Shown in pieces: positions 28,601-37,386 of a stretch of DNA of 64,000 bases (positions are counted from its first letter, which is position 1; each line of letters begins with the position of its first letter). Location: assembly GCA_965222605.1 (NCBI GenBank), contig OZ244960.1, positions 3,552,001 through 3,616,000 on the forward strand. Reading direction: 5' to 3'. The notes beneath the pieces were generated by a model. That model saw only the letters and a list, made by a program, of their open reading frames with translations. It did not search any database and was not told the origin of the DNA. This DNA is from Candidatus Latescibacterota bacterium (GTDB taxonomy: Bacteria; Latescibacterota; UBA2968). Made by a program: the position numbers and the translations under genes.

Positions 28601-31600
28601 AAGCTGCGCGTGGCACTCGATCTATCGGTGAATACTGGCAACTCATTGGCACTGGTGCTTCCCGTGCCCGAGGTGGACCAGTCGCTCCAGCCTTCGGCGT
28701 TGTGCGCTCGCACCTGTGCCTCATAACTCGTGCCCGGGGTCCGACCAGTGATGGTCGCGGTGCGTTCCGTACTGTTGTGAGAATAGGAGGTGAAGCCGCC
28801 GCTGTCGCCTTCGCGGTATTGCACGTTGTAGCGATTGATGTCCGGACCGGTGTTTGTCGGCTCGTCCCAGGTCACAGTCAGGCTGGTCGATGAGGCCGCT
28901 GAGACGCTGGGAGGGTTTGGCGTCTCGGGTGGTTCCTGTTCGTCTATCAGGTTGATTGTCACTTCGATGGTGTTGCTGCCGCCCTGACCGTCTTCTACGC
29001 GCACTGTCACTTCATATCTGTTCTTCTCCTCAAAGTTGTAGATGACGCCCGATAGGGTCTGAAGCTGGTTGCCATCGAGAGAGAAGGAGGCCTGGTCCGT
29101 GCCTTCGAGGCGGTAGGTCAGTGTGCCTCCGTCGCGGTCAGTGGCGGTTATGGGGTTGCCGATGTTGTGGGTGCCAGTCGTGTTCTCTGCTATCCTGCGG
29201 GTAGTACTCGAACCCTCATTAAACGTGGGTGCCTGATTGGCGACAGTGCTCACAGTAACGGATTCGGACCACTGGCTCTGTCCTTCGGGGCTGCGTGCGA
29301 GGACTTGCACTTCGTATTGCGTGTTGGCCGTCAGGCTGGTGATGGTCGTACTTGTACTGCGACTGGTGTGTGGCCAGTCGGTGAATGTGCCACTGCTCTC
29401 CTTATACTGCACATCGTAGTCGTTGATGTTGGGACCGGGATTGGACGGGGCTGTCCAACGTATGGATAGGCTATTCAGTGTTGAGGCCGTCACCGAGGGA
29501 CGGTCAGGTCTGTCCGGTTGTTCGTTGTCGTCATCGGTTATGTCAATTGTCACTGTGATGGTCGTACGTCCGCCCTGATCGTCCGCTGCTTCTACCGTTA
29601 CCGAATAGCGATTTCGCGCCTCAAAGTTGTAATCAACGCCGGTTTGGGTCTGAAGTTGGCCGTTGCTTGAGAGGATGGCGAATTGATCTGTATCGCCGCC
29701 TGTAAGACGGTAGCTCACTGTGCGGCCTTCGGGGTCGGTCGCGCTTATCGGGGTACCGATGTCCTGGCTACCAGGGGTGTTCTCGGCGAGGCTGCGCGTT
29801 GGTGAGGTTTCGTCGAATACTGGCCGCTGGTTGGCACTGGTGGTGCCAAAGCCTGAGGAGGACCACAGGCTCGGTCCTTCGTCATTGTGCGCCTTCACCT
29901 GCACTTCGTAGCGCGTGTTCACGTCAAGGTCTGTGATGGTTGTGGTTATACTGGTGTTATTGTGCGGATGGGGGATGAAGCTGCCGCTGCCTGTTCGATA
30001 TTGTACGTCGTAGTCGTAGATGTCGGGACCGGTGTTTGTCGGCTCGGTCCATGTCACGGTCAGGCTGGTCGATGAGGCTGGCGCTACTTGTGGTCTGGCC
30101 GGTCTCTCGGGCGGTTCGTTTACATCGCCCACATAGATGGTCACGTCAATGGTGGCTGTGCCACCGCGATTGTCGTCTGCGGTTATTGTCACGTCATAGC
30201 TATTCTTTAGCGCTTCGTGGTCATAAGTGATGCCTGACCGGGTGCGAAGCTGACCATTGCTTGCGTTGATGGTGAAGGAATCGGCATCGTCCCCGCTGAG
30301 GCGGTAGGTCAGGCGGTCACGGTCATCATCAGTGGCGCTGACCGGGTGCTGGATGTTTTGATTGGGTGCCGTGTTCTCAGCCACACTGCGGGAGGTGTTC
30401 GCACCGTCGTTGAAGGTGGGAGCCTGATTAGGGCCCGGTGGAGGAGGGGGTGGCTGTGGTTGTGGTGGCTGTGGTTGTGGTGGCTGTGGTCGTGGTGGTT
30501 GTGGTCGTGGTGGCGGGGACGTCCCTCCTCCGCCCCCTCCCCCTCCTCCTCCGCCACTCAGCGCAGAGGTCGTCCACTCTCCAGACTCAGACCACGCACT
30601 CGTGCCTTCCTCGTTGTGCGCGCGCACCTGTATCGCATAGCGCGTGCTTGAAAATAGTCCCCTCAGGCGCACCGTCCGTCCTGTGCCGTCATAATTTGCA
30701 TCGATGAACTCATCACTGTCGGCTTGGCGGTATTGCACATCGTAGTCGGTGATCTCAGGACCGGTGTTTGAAGGTTCTGTCCAGATTACCGTCAGGGTTG
30801 TGGGCGCAATCGCCGAGACACGCGGTGGGGCAGGTTGCATAGGGGGTTCATCGATGTCGTTGATGGCAATACCGACAGCAAGGCTGGCCTCACCACCTTC
30901 GCCATCACTGACATAGACGATGAGGGAATAGTTGTCCTTCTGCTCAAAGTTATACGTCCCTTTTGTCTGAATGTGTCCTGTGCTCTCGTCTATGGCAAAG
31001 CTGTCTGCATCGTCCCCGCTGAGGCGATAGGTGAGGGTATCGCCATCGCCATCGGTTGCTAAGATGGGGTCGCCTATGGGCTGTCCGGAGGGGGTGTTCT
31101 CATCTACGGAGCGCGTCACGGGAGGTTCTGACGTGAAGACAGGTGCGCGGTTGACGACTTTGCCAAAGCTATCGACGAAGATCAGAAAATCGGGAATCCC
31201 AATCTCGCCATTGACATCCAGATCATATTTTGCCTTATACGCCTCTTGACCTTTTTGAGAACCAAACGCATCGACAAAGAGCAAAAAGTCCGGGATGCCC
31301 ACCGTTCCACTCCTGTCAAAGTCCGGAGAAGGCGGTTTGGCAATCCTCAAGGTAATGCTCAGGTCCATTGGTACGGTCTCAGTCTGTCCCTCTCGCACAA
31401 GTCTTGCACGCACCAATCGTATGTCTGTGCCTGAAAACGCATCGCTCGTGCGAAAGCGAATGGTGCCTATAAGACCGCTGATTGCATTGCCAGCCGATAA
31501 GGTTATCCCGATATTTGCAAAATCCTTTCCCGTAAGCGCAGAGGTGCCAGATACGATATTCGACCGCTTAAATCCTTCGTAAGCAACCTGCGTGGGATCG

Positions 31601-31851
31601 AATTCAACGCGCAGGGAGATATCGCTTGCAGACGCAATATCTGTGCCGAAGATTTGGATGGGAACCGTGCGATTGGGAAAGACATCGAGAGAGGAGACAG
31701 CTTGATCGCCTTCAGAATCGTCCAAATCCAGAGAAATGGAAAAGCTGCTGGTCTGGGTGGATAGGGACCATGGGAATAGCAGGAGCAGAAGGCTCAGCAA
31801 ACTGACGGTGACGAGCGCGAGTGGAAAAAATTTAACGCGGGAGGGAATCAT
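22633..31851 (-). CDS. Giant secreted protein (~3072 aa): cohesin-like, dockerin-like, cadherin/FN3 repeats, LRR array, C-terminal M8/leishmanolysin-like metalloprotease
   Basis: SP MIPSRVKFFPLAL; DFDRSGTVGIPDF pair; cadherin DxNE(P)P/YDYE motifs; FN3 SLTVTW..Y.VQY; LxxLxLxxNxL repeats; HEIGHTLG...SHW...NELM. Confidence 0.88.
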   Translation of the reverse strand: MIPSRVKFFPLALVTVSLLSLLLLLFPWSLSTQTSSFSISLDLDDSEGDQAVSSLDVFPNRTVPIQIFGTDIASASDISLRVEFDPTQVAYEGFKRSNIVSGTSALTGKDFANIGITLSAGNAISGLIGTIRFRTSDAFSGTDIRLVRARLVREGQTETVPMDLSITLRIAKPPSPDFDRSGTVGIPDFLLFVDAFGSQKGQEAYKAKYDLDVNGEIGIPDFLIFVDSFGKVVNRAPVFTSEPPVTRSVDENTPSGQPIGDPILATDGDGDTLTYRLSGDDADSFAIDESTGHIQTKGTYNFEQKDNYSLIVYVSDGEGGEASLAVGIAINDIDEPPMQPAPPRVSAIAPTTLTVIWTEPSNTGPEITDYDVQYRQADSDEFIDANYDGTGRTVRLRGLFSSTRYAIQVRAHNEEGTSAWSESGEWTTSALSGGGGGGGGGGGTSPPPRPQPPRPQPPQPQPPQPQPPPPPPGPNQAPTFNDGANTSRSVAENTAPNQNIQHPVSATDDDRDRLTYRLSGDDADSFTINASNGQLRTRSGITYDHEALKNSYDVTITADDNRGGTATIDVTIYVGDVNEPPERPARPQVAPASSTSLTVTWTEPTNTGPDIYDYDVQYRTGSGSFIPHPHNNTSITTTITDLDVNTRYEVQVKAHNDEGPSLWSSSGFGTTSANQRPVFDETSPTRSLAENTPGSQDIGTPISATDPEGRTVSYRLTGGDTDQFAILSSNGQLQTQTGVDYNFEARNRYSVTVEAADDQGGRTTITVTIDITDDDNEQPDRPDRPSVTASTLNSLSIRWTAPSNPGPNINDYDVQYKESSGTFTDWPHTSRSTSTTITSLTANTQYEVQVLARSPEGQSQWSESVTVSTVANQAPTFNEGSSTTRRIAENTTGTHNIGNPITATDRDGGTLTYRLEGTDQASFSLDGNQLQTLSGVIYNFEEKNRYEVTVRVEDGQGGSNTIEVTINLIDEQEPPETPNPPSVSAASSTSLTVTWDEPTNTGPDINRYNVQYREGDSGGFTSYSHNSTERTATITGRTPGTSYEAQVRAHNAEGWSDWSTSGTGSTSANELPVFTDRSSATRSFDENTTGVHNIGDPISATDPENTTLAYSLEGQDKDAFTIDTRNGQIRTKSGQTYDYETQPSYLVDVKATDGHSGDSAIPVFIDLNDVNEPPTFISDATFEAEENNQFAGLVDAEDVDSGDGITGYTITGGSDRDLLEINSGGTLTFKDAPNFENPTDSGRNNTYIVEVTVTGGTGGRALTAAQTITITVTDENELPHFTSDDAFTVKENNKFVGRMAADDIDRADRITGYEVTGGSDQNEFEITNTNQLHFQDDPDFERPADSGNNNEYIIEVTATGGADTRARTVTQEITVTVEDEDEPPGKPDPPTASNETENSLTVSWDEPTNTGPDITNYHVQYRISGAFTDWSDTGPSRTRTITGLRSGTTYQIQVQAENAEGKGAWSNIGSGTTLTAPTVSSVAFTSAPASGQNNTYKLNDIMDITVTFNEAVTVTGTPQIDLTIDKTVHQADYKSGSGTTQLVFQYTVQNTDEDTDGATINANGLKLNGGRIRRHNTAITADLVHAARTNQSSHKVDGIAPGLTDAEVKDDELALTYGEVLDSNSKPATSDFAVTVDGTARSVSTVTMRSSEVELTLASAVTSGQTVILAYTPGTNPIRDRAHNPAVAFTTLTVANETQVQIVSVCSRTAQVRDAIIAASPVSTCGAVTADHLSAITSLSLFNENISTLKANDFSGMIALQDLILTFNSLTTLPDNVFSGLTALEELSLNFNDLSTLDADAFSELTALKKLYLSNNDLSSLNANIFSNLSALEILYLHDNDLSTLDANIFSNLSALKELSLSRNDLSSLNANIFSNLSALEELYMSSNDLTSLPANIFSNLSALKVLSPPGNKLSSLDANIFSNLSALEELYLSSNELTSLPANIFSNLSVLKRLGLDNNDLSSLDANIFSNLSALQRLDLDRNTLTTLPANIFSNLSVLEELYLEENDLSSLNANAFSGLTALETLWLHENDLQSTSLPTGVFSSLTTLETLRLDENQLSSLLANLFSGLSSLQELYLNGQQTSHELSSLNANTFSGLTALKTLWLDNNNLSSLPNSVFSKLTELTTLKLSYNNLSSLPDSVFFKLTELTTLKLESNTVDPLPITISLESVTSGIFRAKAHTGAPFAMLLPLYVVNGTIDGGASSIEISQGNIQSNTLTISRTTGTTAAVTADIGTLPDLPPDDSGYALVKSTDLPLTVIDAEPGVNIYPTALTIPEGNSDTYTAVLTSQPTADVTVTVTVPTGSDASASPSPLTFTQDNWNTSQAVTVTTQTDTDNTDDTVTLTHAVSGGNYQSVTAENVTVTIAEVDVSTNNSPVFTSANIFDIDENETEVGTVVATDADARDYITGYEITGGAAQALFSITSGGVLTFVTAPDYERPSTTASNNRYVIVVTATSGTGTRERTATQTITVVVDDVDEPPGQPPAPILVLSGVRVPIIEVSQGRTQPTNTGPDITAYDIQYRVVNTGDFKSTSLTLGPDRDWPVRIEELNRNQTYEVQVRAINDEGESEWSPSAEMTIPNTSPIASSIDDVTLPAGGAVERVDVDDVFDDPDDSRLRYTASSSNSAAATVQMSNNVVLITPVATGTATITVTATDPWGASTSTTFDANIQTPTLSAPTLSISGNLFTIGFTDNFAANEIRAYRIRVRQKTPIAGGAAGCVIIANDNNIPTTFPITLEDLISDFFEPGTTYEADYGYLGTDCGDSVIGVRSATAEATTDGTPSFDIDLVFVGSISSKYRTAVETATQRWEQIIAGDIPNHHLSSSSRSFLNRIYPGTTAPEVVDDLRIYVEIEEIDGEGGTLGQAGPDLWRIPSSLPIAAGIELDEDDLGTMSNQLLAALILHEIGHTLGFGVEPWDDHNLLKNPSIDVYNNRIVPAPDTHFSGANAIAAFNAAGGSSYMGAKVPVENSYGGAGNRDSHWRESVLDNELMTPRLASTGPYPMSAITIQSLADLGYRVDVTQADAYTLPSSSSTTGVRAAEGLPINCTITIHPDAGPDKPEPITLNLKPAGN
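25380..26650 (-). repeat. 72-bp tandem repeats encoding 24-aa leucine-rich repeats (approximate bounds)
   Basis: Repeated ANIFSNLSALEELYLSSNDLSSL units. Confidence 0.85.
30435..30556 (-). repeat. Low-complexity Gly/Pro-Gln linker
   Basis: GGGGGGGGGGGGTSPPPRPQPPRPQPPQPQPPQPQPPPPPP. Confidence 0.75.
30575..31851 (-). repeat. ~1.28 kb near-identical duplicate of 36035-37310 (SP-cohesin-dockerin-cadherin-FN3 head)
   Basis: Long identical DNA stretches and almost identical N-terminal ~425 aa in the two giant genes. Confidence 0.85.
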
Positions 31852-31881
31852 AATTTTATGGTGCCGACGGGTTATCTTAAA

Positions 31882-32384
31882 AACTGATGTTACGCAGTCG
31901 TGCATTTATAGTGTTATATTCAAAGCAATGACTTAATCTGTTGGCACTATGATCATATTCAAAATCGCATGGTCAAGGGACTGAACCTCCTCAATTGTGT
32001 CTATCACTCAGACCCAAATATATATGCCAATTTGAGTTCGTGCAAATACTGATTTGCGTATAAGGTGTTATTTTTAATAAAGATACAAAACAAAAATCCA
32101 GACGAAATTTCGTGCTATTGGATGATATATCACCCAATAGCACGAGTAGTCTGGCTAATATTCTGATTATTAACAGGTTGTTATAAATTAAATAAGCGAT
32201 ATAATCCATCTTAAGACGATATATCGCCCATAGTAAAGATATTTTTCATCCTTACATGCTTTCTGTCCAATCCAAAATGCATGTCCCACTGTGCGATACA
32301 AGCAGATATTTCAGAACACCTTTCTCTTCTTCGGGGAGGGTGCTTGAATGACGAGGTAGATACAGTCGCTGCGTAACATCAGTT
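31882..32384. other. 503-bp AT-rich segment bounded by perfect 16-bp inverted repeats (invertible promoter or MITE)
   Basis: aactgatgttacgcag (31882-31897) and ctgcgtaacatcagtt (32369-32384); central near-perfect 36-bp palindrome 32110-32145. Confidence 0.65.
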
Positions 32385-32387
32385 ATG

Positions 32388-32540
32388 TTATTTGCTATCC
32401 CCTTCAGAACTGTCTAAGTCCAGAGATAGGGAAAAGCTGCTGGTCTGTGTGGATAGCGACCACGGGAATAGCAGGAGCAGAAGGCTCAGCAAACTGACGG
32501 TGCCGAGCGCGAGTGGGAAAAATTTAACGCGGTGTTGCAT
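32388..32540 (-). pseudogene. Truncated third copy of the giant-adhesin 5' end (50 aa)
   Basis: MQHRVKFFPLALGTVSLLSLLLLLFPWSLSTQTSSFSLSLDLDSSEGDSK*, paralogous to both giant genes, ending beside the IR. Confidence 0.8.
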
Positions 32541-32561
32541 ATTATGACTTTCTATCATGGC

Positions 32562-35500
32562 TTAATCCGTCAGATCCGGCACGGTCACCGAGACCAGTGT
32601 ACTGTGCGTCGCTTCCCCACCCGCGACCACGGCCGCCACCTGGTAGGTATAGGTCGCGCCTGCGGTCACATCGGTATCGGTGTATTGCAAGTCACTGGTT
32701 TCCTCCGCGAGGGTCTCGTCGGTGGTGCCGTCGTAGCGTGTCAGAGTATAGGTGATGTCCGGTGCCGAGGTCCAGAAGCTCGCATCCACCGCGGTCCAAC
32801 TCAGGGCAACCTGGGCTGTCGTGGCTGTCGCGGTCAGCGTTGGTCCTTCCCGAAGCTGGTAGCCGAACTCCTGCCATGTCGCCTGCCCATCGCCGTTGAA
32901 GTCCACCGCCAGAACCGGATACTGCGTAGCCGTCCCAAAGGCCCAGGGATCGTCAGTCATGCCATCGCTGTCCAGGTCCCGGTTCCAGGTCTGATAAATC
33001 CCGCTGTAGTTCGTGGGTTCCTGCAACGCCGTTGTGGTCTGGCCTTCGCCAGGGGCCCTACCAGGCCCGGAGGTGTTCAGGTCATAGTAGCTGGCGACGA
33101 CGGTGCCCAGGTCGATGTTGACCAGTCCGCCGACATAGATATCTCCCGAGATGCGGCCCGTGGCGTAGCTGGCGGCGACGGTGCTATTGTTGCCGTCGAT
33201 CCCGACCATTATGCCAACATTATTACCTCCCGAGACGCGGCCCGTGGTGTAGCAGGCAGTGATGGTGCCTCTGTGTCTTCCGACGAGTCCGCCGACCACG
33301 GTACGTCCTGACACGTGGCCCGTGGCGTAGCTGGCGGCGATGGGACCGTAGTTGTTTCCCACCAGTCCGCCGACATAGCCATCCCCCGAGACGGAGCGAG
33401 TGGTATAACTGTTGGTAATGGCATCGTAATTTCTTCCGACGAGTCCGCCGACCATATCATTCCCCGAGACGGAGACGGAGACATAACTGTCAGTGATGGG
33501 ACCGTAGTTGTCCCCGACGAGTCCGCCGGTCATACCATCCCCCGAGACGGAGCCGGTGACGTAACAGTTGGTGATGATGCCGCGGTTATCCCCGACCAAC
33601 CCGCCGAGATAGATTTTTCCCGAAAGATGGACGTTAGTCAGCCCGACGTTTCGGATGACACTGACCGCGCCAGTGTAGCCGAAAAATCCGAAGACATTTT
33701 TGCGTGTATCAAAAAAAAGGTTGGCGATGGTGTGTCCATTGCCCTCGAAGGTCGCAAGGAACGGGTTGCGCCTGATATCCGGGCCACTCCCGGCACCGCC
33801 GATGGGCACCCAGCCTGCGCCATCGTTCCAATACGTGTCGCCAGCGTCGGCATCGCCGCTTCCGTTGGTGTCGAAGTCCAGGTCCGCGCTCAGTTCATAT
33901 CCCGTGCATCCGAGACCGCCGCAAGCTACCTGATCGGTAAACGCCTGGTCATACGCGGCCCTCCCGCTATCTGTGGGTATTCCGTCCCCATTCAGGTCGT
34001 GACGGACTGCATTCAATTGCGCGAGCGTCGTGATCTCGATGAGGCCGTCATCGTCGGTGTCATAGTCGATCGCGGTTATCGGCAGTACTGTTACAGCGAA
34101 CGGCTGCGCCGCGCTCGTGTTCGATCCGTCTTTGTCAATCGCCGTCACTGTGACGGTTGCCTGTCCCTCGGCTACTGGCGTGATCGTCACCCGTGTTCCC
34201 GACAGGCTGACCGTCGCCACGGCTGGTGCCGATGAGGTCGCGCCGTAGGTCAGCGCATTGCCCTCCGGGTCATGGAACGCCCCCGCCACTTCCACGCTTC
34301 CTGAGACGTCACCCACGCGCAGCGTGCGGTCCGCCAGCTTCCCCACCGGGACCGCTGGCTGATTTTCGCTGATCAGTGTGGTCGTGCCCTGGCCTGAATT
34401 GGACCATTTGCTCGTCCCTTCGGCGTTCTTTGCCCACACCCGCACCTGATACATCGTATTTGGATTCAAGCCTGTTAGCGTCGTGGTCGTGCCGGTGCCG
34501 TTGTAATTGACATCGGTGAATGCGCCACTGGTGCCTTGCCGGTATTGCACGTCGTAGTCGGTAATGTCAGGCCCGGTGTTAGTCGGCTCGGTCCAGGTCA
34601 CGGTCAGGCTATTTTCCCTCTCATTGCTCACCACAGGCCGATCGGGTTTGCCCGGCGGTTCGTTTTTGTCGGTGACTGTGATGGTGATGGTCTGCGCTGC
34701 GGTCAGTGCGCGGCCTCCCGTGCCACCGGTCGCTGTGACCACGACGATGTATTCATTGTTGCGCCCGGCGTCCGTGGGATTCTCGAAGTTGGAGACATCC
34801 TTGAAGATCAATATACTCTCGTTGGTGAATTCGATCTCGTTCCGGTCGGCACCGCCGGTAATGGTGTAGCCGGTGATGTCGTCGCCGTTATCGACATCCT
34901 CGGCATTCACCCGATTGATGTACTGGTAATTTTCCGGTATCTTGAAGGTCTCAATGCTGGTAAATGTGGGGGCTTCGTTCACATCGGTCAGGTTAATCGT
35001 CACTTCGATGGTGTTGCTGCCGCCCTGACCATCTTCTACGCGCACCGTTACCTCATATCTGTCCTTCTTCTCGTAGTCGTAGGTGACGCCCGCCCTGGTC
35101 TGAAGCTGGTTGCCATCGATTGCGAAGGAGGTCCGGTCCGTCCCCTCAAGGCTGTAGGTCAGCGTCCCCCCGTCGCTGTCTGTGGCAGTGACCGGGTTGC
35201 CGATGTTATGTGTCCCGGTCGTGTTCTCTGCTATACGGTGGGTAATACTCGAACCCTCATTAAACGTGGGAGCTTGATTGACGACAGTGCTCACAGTAAC
35301 GGATTCGGACCACTGGCTCTGTCCTTCGGGACTACGTGCCAGTACCTGCACCTCATAGGACGTGTTGGCATTCAAGCTGGTGATGGTCGTGCTCGTACCG
35401 GGTCCATTGTGTTGCCACTCGGCGAACGTGCCGCCGCTCTCCCTATATTGCACGTCGTAGTCTTTGATGTTGGGGCCGGTGTTGGCAGGTGCGGTCCAGC

Positions 35501-37310
35501 GTATGGAGAGATTATTCAGCGTTGAGGCTGTTACCGAGGGACGGTCGGGTCTTTCTGGCCGTTCGTTGTCGTCGTCGGTTATGTTTATTGTCACTGTGAT
35601 GGTCGCACGCCCGCCCTGATCGTCCGCTGCTTCTACCGTCACCGAATAGCGATTTTTCTCTTCATAGTTGTAATCTACGCCGGTCTGTGTGCGAAGTTGG
35701 CCGTTGTTGGTGTCGATGGTGAATTGATCCGTGTCGCCACCTGCAAGGCGGTAGGTCACGGTGGTGCCTTCGGGATCGGTGGCGGTTATTGAGTTGCCGA
35801 TGTCCTGGATGCCTGTCGTGTTTTCGGCGAGGCTGCGGGTGGTGCTTGAGCCGTCGTCGAAGGTCGGGGGCTTATTACTCGGCGGAGGAGGGGGAGAAGG
35901 GGGAGGCTGTGACGTACTACCACCACTACCACCGCCACCACTGCTACCACTACTACCACCACTACCACCGCCACCACTGCTACCACCACTACCACCGCCA
36001 CCACCCGGTACTATCAATAGCTCAGAGGTCTTCCACTCACCCGACTCAGACCATTCACTCGTGCCTTCTTCGTTAGTCGCGCGCACCTGTATCGCATAGC
36101 GCGTGCTTGAAAATAGTCCCCTCAGGCGCACCGTCCGTCCTGTGCCATCATAATTTGCATCGATGAACTCATCACTGTCGGCTTGGCGGTATTGCACATC
36201 GTAGTCGGTGATCTCAGGACCTGTGTTGGAAGGTTCTGTCCAGATTACCGTCAGGGTTGTGGACGCGATCGCCGAGACACGCGGTGGGGCAGGCTGTCCT
36301 GGGGGTTCATCGATGTCGTTGATGGCAATACCTACAACAAGGCTGGCTTCACCACCTTCGCCATCACTCACATGGACTGTGACGGAATACTTATCCTGCT
36401 GCTCAAAGTTGTATGTCCCTTTTGTCTGAATGTGTCCTGCGTTCTCCTCAATGGCAAAGCTATCGGCGTCGGCACCGCTGAGGCGATAGGTGAGGGTATC
36501 GCCATCGCCATCGGTTGCTAAGATGGGGTCGCCTATGGGCTGTCCGGAGGGGGTGTTCTCATCTACGGAGCGCGTCACGGGAGGTTCTGACGTGAAGACA
36601 GGTGCGCGGTTGACGACTTTGCCAAAGCTATCGACGAAGATCAGAAAATCGGGGATCCCAATCTCGCCATTGACATCCAGATCATATTTTGCCTCATACG
36701 CCTCTTGACCTTTTCGGGAACCAAAGGCATCGACAAAGAGCAAAAAGTCCGGGATGCCCACCGTTCCACTCCTGTCAAAGTCCGGAGAAGGGGGTTTGGC
36801 AATCCTCAAGGTAATGCTCAGGTCCATTGGTACGGTCTCAGTCTGTCCCTCTCGCACAAGTCTTGCACGCACCAATCGTATGTCTGTGCCTGAAAACGCA
36901 TCGCTCGTGCGAAAGCGAATGGTGCCTATAAGACCACTGATTGCAGTTCCGTCGGATAAGGTTATCCCGATATTTGCAAAGTCCTTTCCCGTAAGCGCAG
37001 AGGTGCCAGATACGATATTCGACCGCTTAAATCCTTCGTAAGCAACCTGCGTGGGATCGAATTCAAAGCGCAGGGAGAGATCGCTTGCAGCCGCAATATC
37101 TGTGCCGAAGATTTGAATGGGAATCGTGCGATTGGGAAAGACATCGAGAGAGGAGACTGTCTGGTCGCCTTCAGAATTATCTAAGTCCAGAGATAGGGAA
37201 AAGCCGCTGGTCTGGGTGGATAGGGACCATGGGAATAGCAAGAGCAGAAGGCTCAGTAAACTGACGGTGACGAGCGCGAGTGGGAAGATTGTAACGCGGG
37301 AGGGAATCAT
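32562..37310 (-). CDS. Giant secreted protein (1582 aa): cohesin-like, dockerin-like, cadherin/FN3, Ig-like, GLUG repeats, FN3
   Basis: Same head as the 3072-aa protein; Gly/Ser linker; VGGLVGxN GLUG repeats. Confidence 0.88.
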   Translation of the reverse strand: MIPSRVTIFPLALVTVSLLSLLLLLFPWSLSTQTSGFSLSLDLDNSEGDQTVSSLDVFPNRTIPIQIFGTDIAAASDLSLRFEFDPTQVAYEGFKRSNIVSGTSALTGKDFANIGITLSDGTAISGLIGTIRFRTSDAFSGTDIRLVRARLVREGQTETVPMDLSITLRIAKPPSPDFDRSGTVGIPDFLLFVDAFGSRKGQEAYEAKYDLDVNGEIGIPDFLIFVDSFGKVVNRAPVFTSEPPVTRSVDENTPSGQPIGDPILATDGDGDTLTYRLSGADADSFAIEENAGHIQTKGTYNFEQQDKYSVTVHVSDGEGGEASLVVGIAINDIDEPPGQPAPPRVSAIASTTLTVIWTEPSNTGPEITDYDVQYRQADSDEFIDANYDGTGRTVRLRGLFSSTRYAIQVRATNEEGTSEWSESGEWKTSELLIVPGGGGGSGGSSGGGGSGGSSGSSGGGGSGGSTSQPPPSPPPPPSNKPPTFDDGSSTTRSLAENTTGIQDIGNSITATDPEGTTVTYRLAGGDTDQFTIDTNNGQLRTQTGVDYNYEEKNRYSVTVEAADDQGGRATITVTINITDDDNERPERPDRPSVTASTLNNLSIRWTAPANTGPNIKDYDVQYRESGGTFAEWQHNGPGTSTTITSLNANTSYEVQVLARSPEGQSQWSESVTVSTVVNQAPTFNEGSSITHRIAENTTGTHNIGNPVTATDSDGGTLTYSLEGTDRTSFAIDGNQLQTRAGVTYDYEKKDRYEVTVRVEDGQGGSNTIEVTINLTDVNEAPTFTSIETFKIPENYQYINRVNAEDVDNGDDITGYTITGGADRNEIEFTNESILIFKDVSNFENPTDAGRNNEYIVVVTATGGTGGRALTAAQTITITVTDKNEPPGKPDRPVVSNERENSLTVTWTEPTNTGPDITDYDVQYRQGTSGAFTDVNYNGTGTTTTLTGLNPNTMYQVRVWAKNAEGTSKWSNSGQGTTTLISENQPAVPVGKLADRTLRVGDVSGSVEVAGAFHDPEGNALTYGATSSAPAVATVSLSGTRVTITPVAEGQATVTVTAIDKDGSNTSAAQPFAVTVLPITAIDYDTDDDGLIEITTLAQLNAVRHDLNGDGIPTDSGRAAYDQAFTDQVACGGLGCTGYELSADLDFDTNGSGDADAGDTYWNDGAGWVPIGGAGSGPDIRRNPFLATFEGNGHTIANLFFDTRKNVFGFFGYTGAVSVIRNVGLTNVHLSGKIYLGGLVGDNRGIITNCYVTGSVSGDGMTGGLVGDNYGPITDSYVSVSVSGNDMVGGLVGRNYDAITNSYTTRSVSGDGYVGGLVGNNYGPIAASYATGHVSGRTVVGGLVGRHRGTITACYTTGRVSGGNNVGIMVGIDGNNSTVAASYATGRISGDIYVGGLVNIDLGTVVASYYDLNTSGPGRAPGEGQTTTALQEPTNYSGIYQTWNRDLDSDGMTDDPWAFGTATQYPVLAVDFNGDGQATWQEFGYQLREGPTLTATATTAQVALSWTAVDASFWTSAPDITYTLTRYDGTTDETLAEETSDLQYTDTDVTAGATYTYQVAAVVAGGEATHSTLVSVTVPDLTD

Positions 37311-37386
37311 ATTTTTTGGGATCTGGTGTGTGGCGGTCTCGCCATAGGGGTCGCTCGCCGTTACTGTAATCGTCGCCTTGCCAAAG

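Noticed and set aside
31991-32209. 72-aa ORF inside the IR-bounded segment
   Set aside because: AT-rich, no SD or recognisable motif; not a recombinase or transposase
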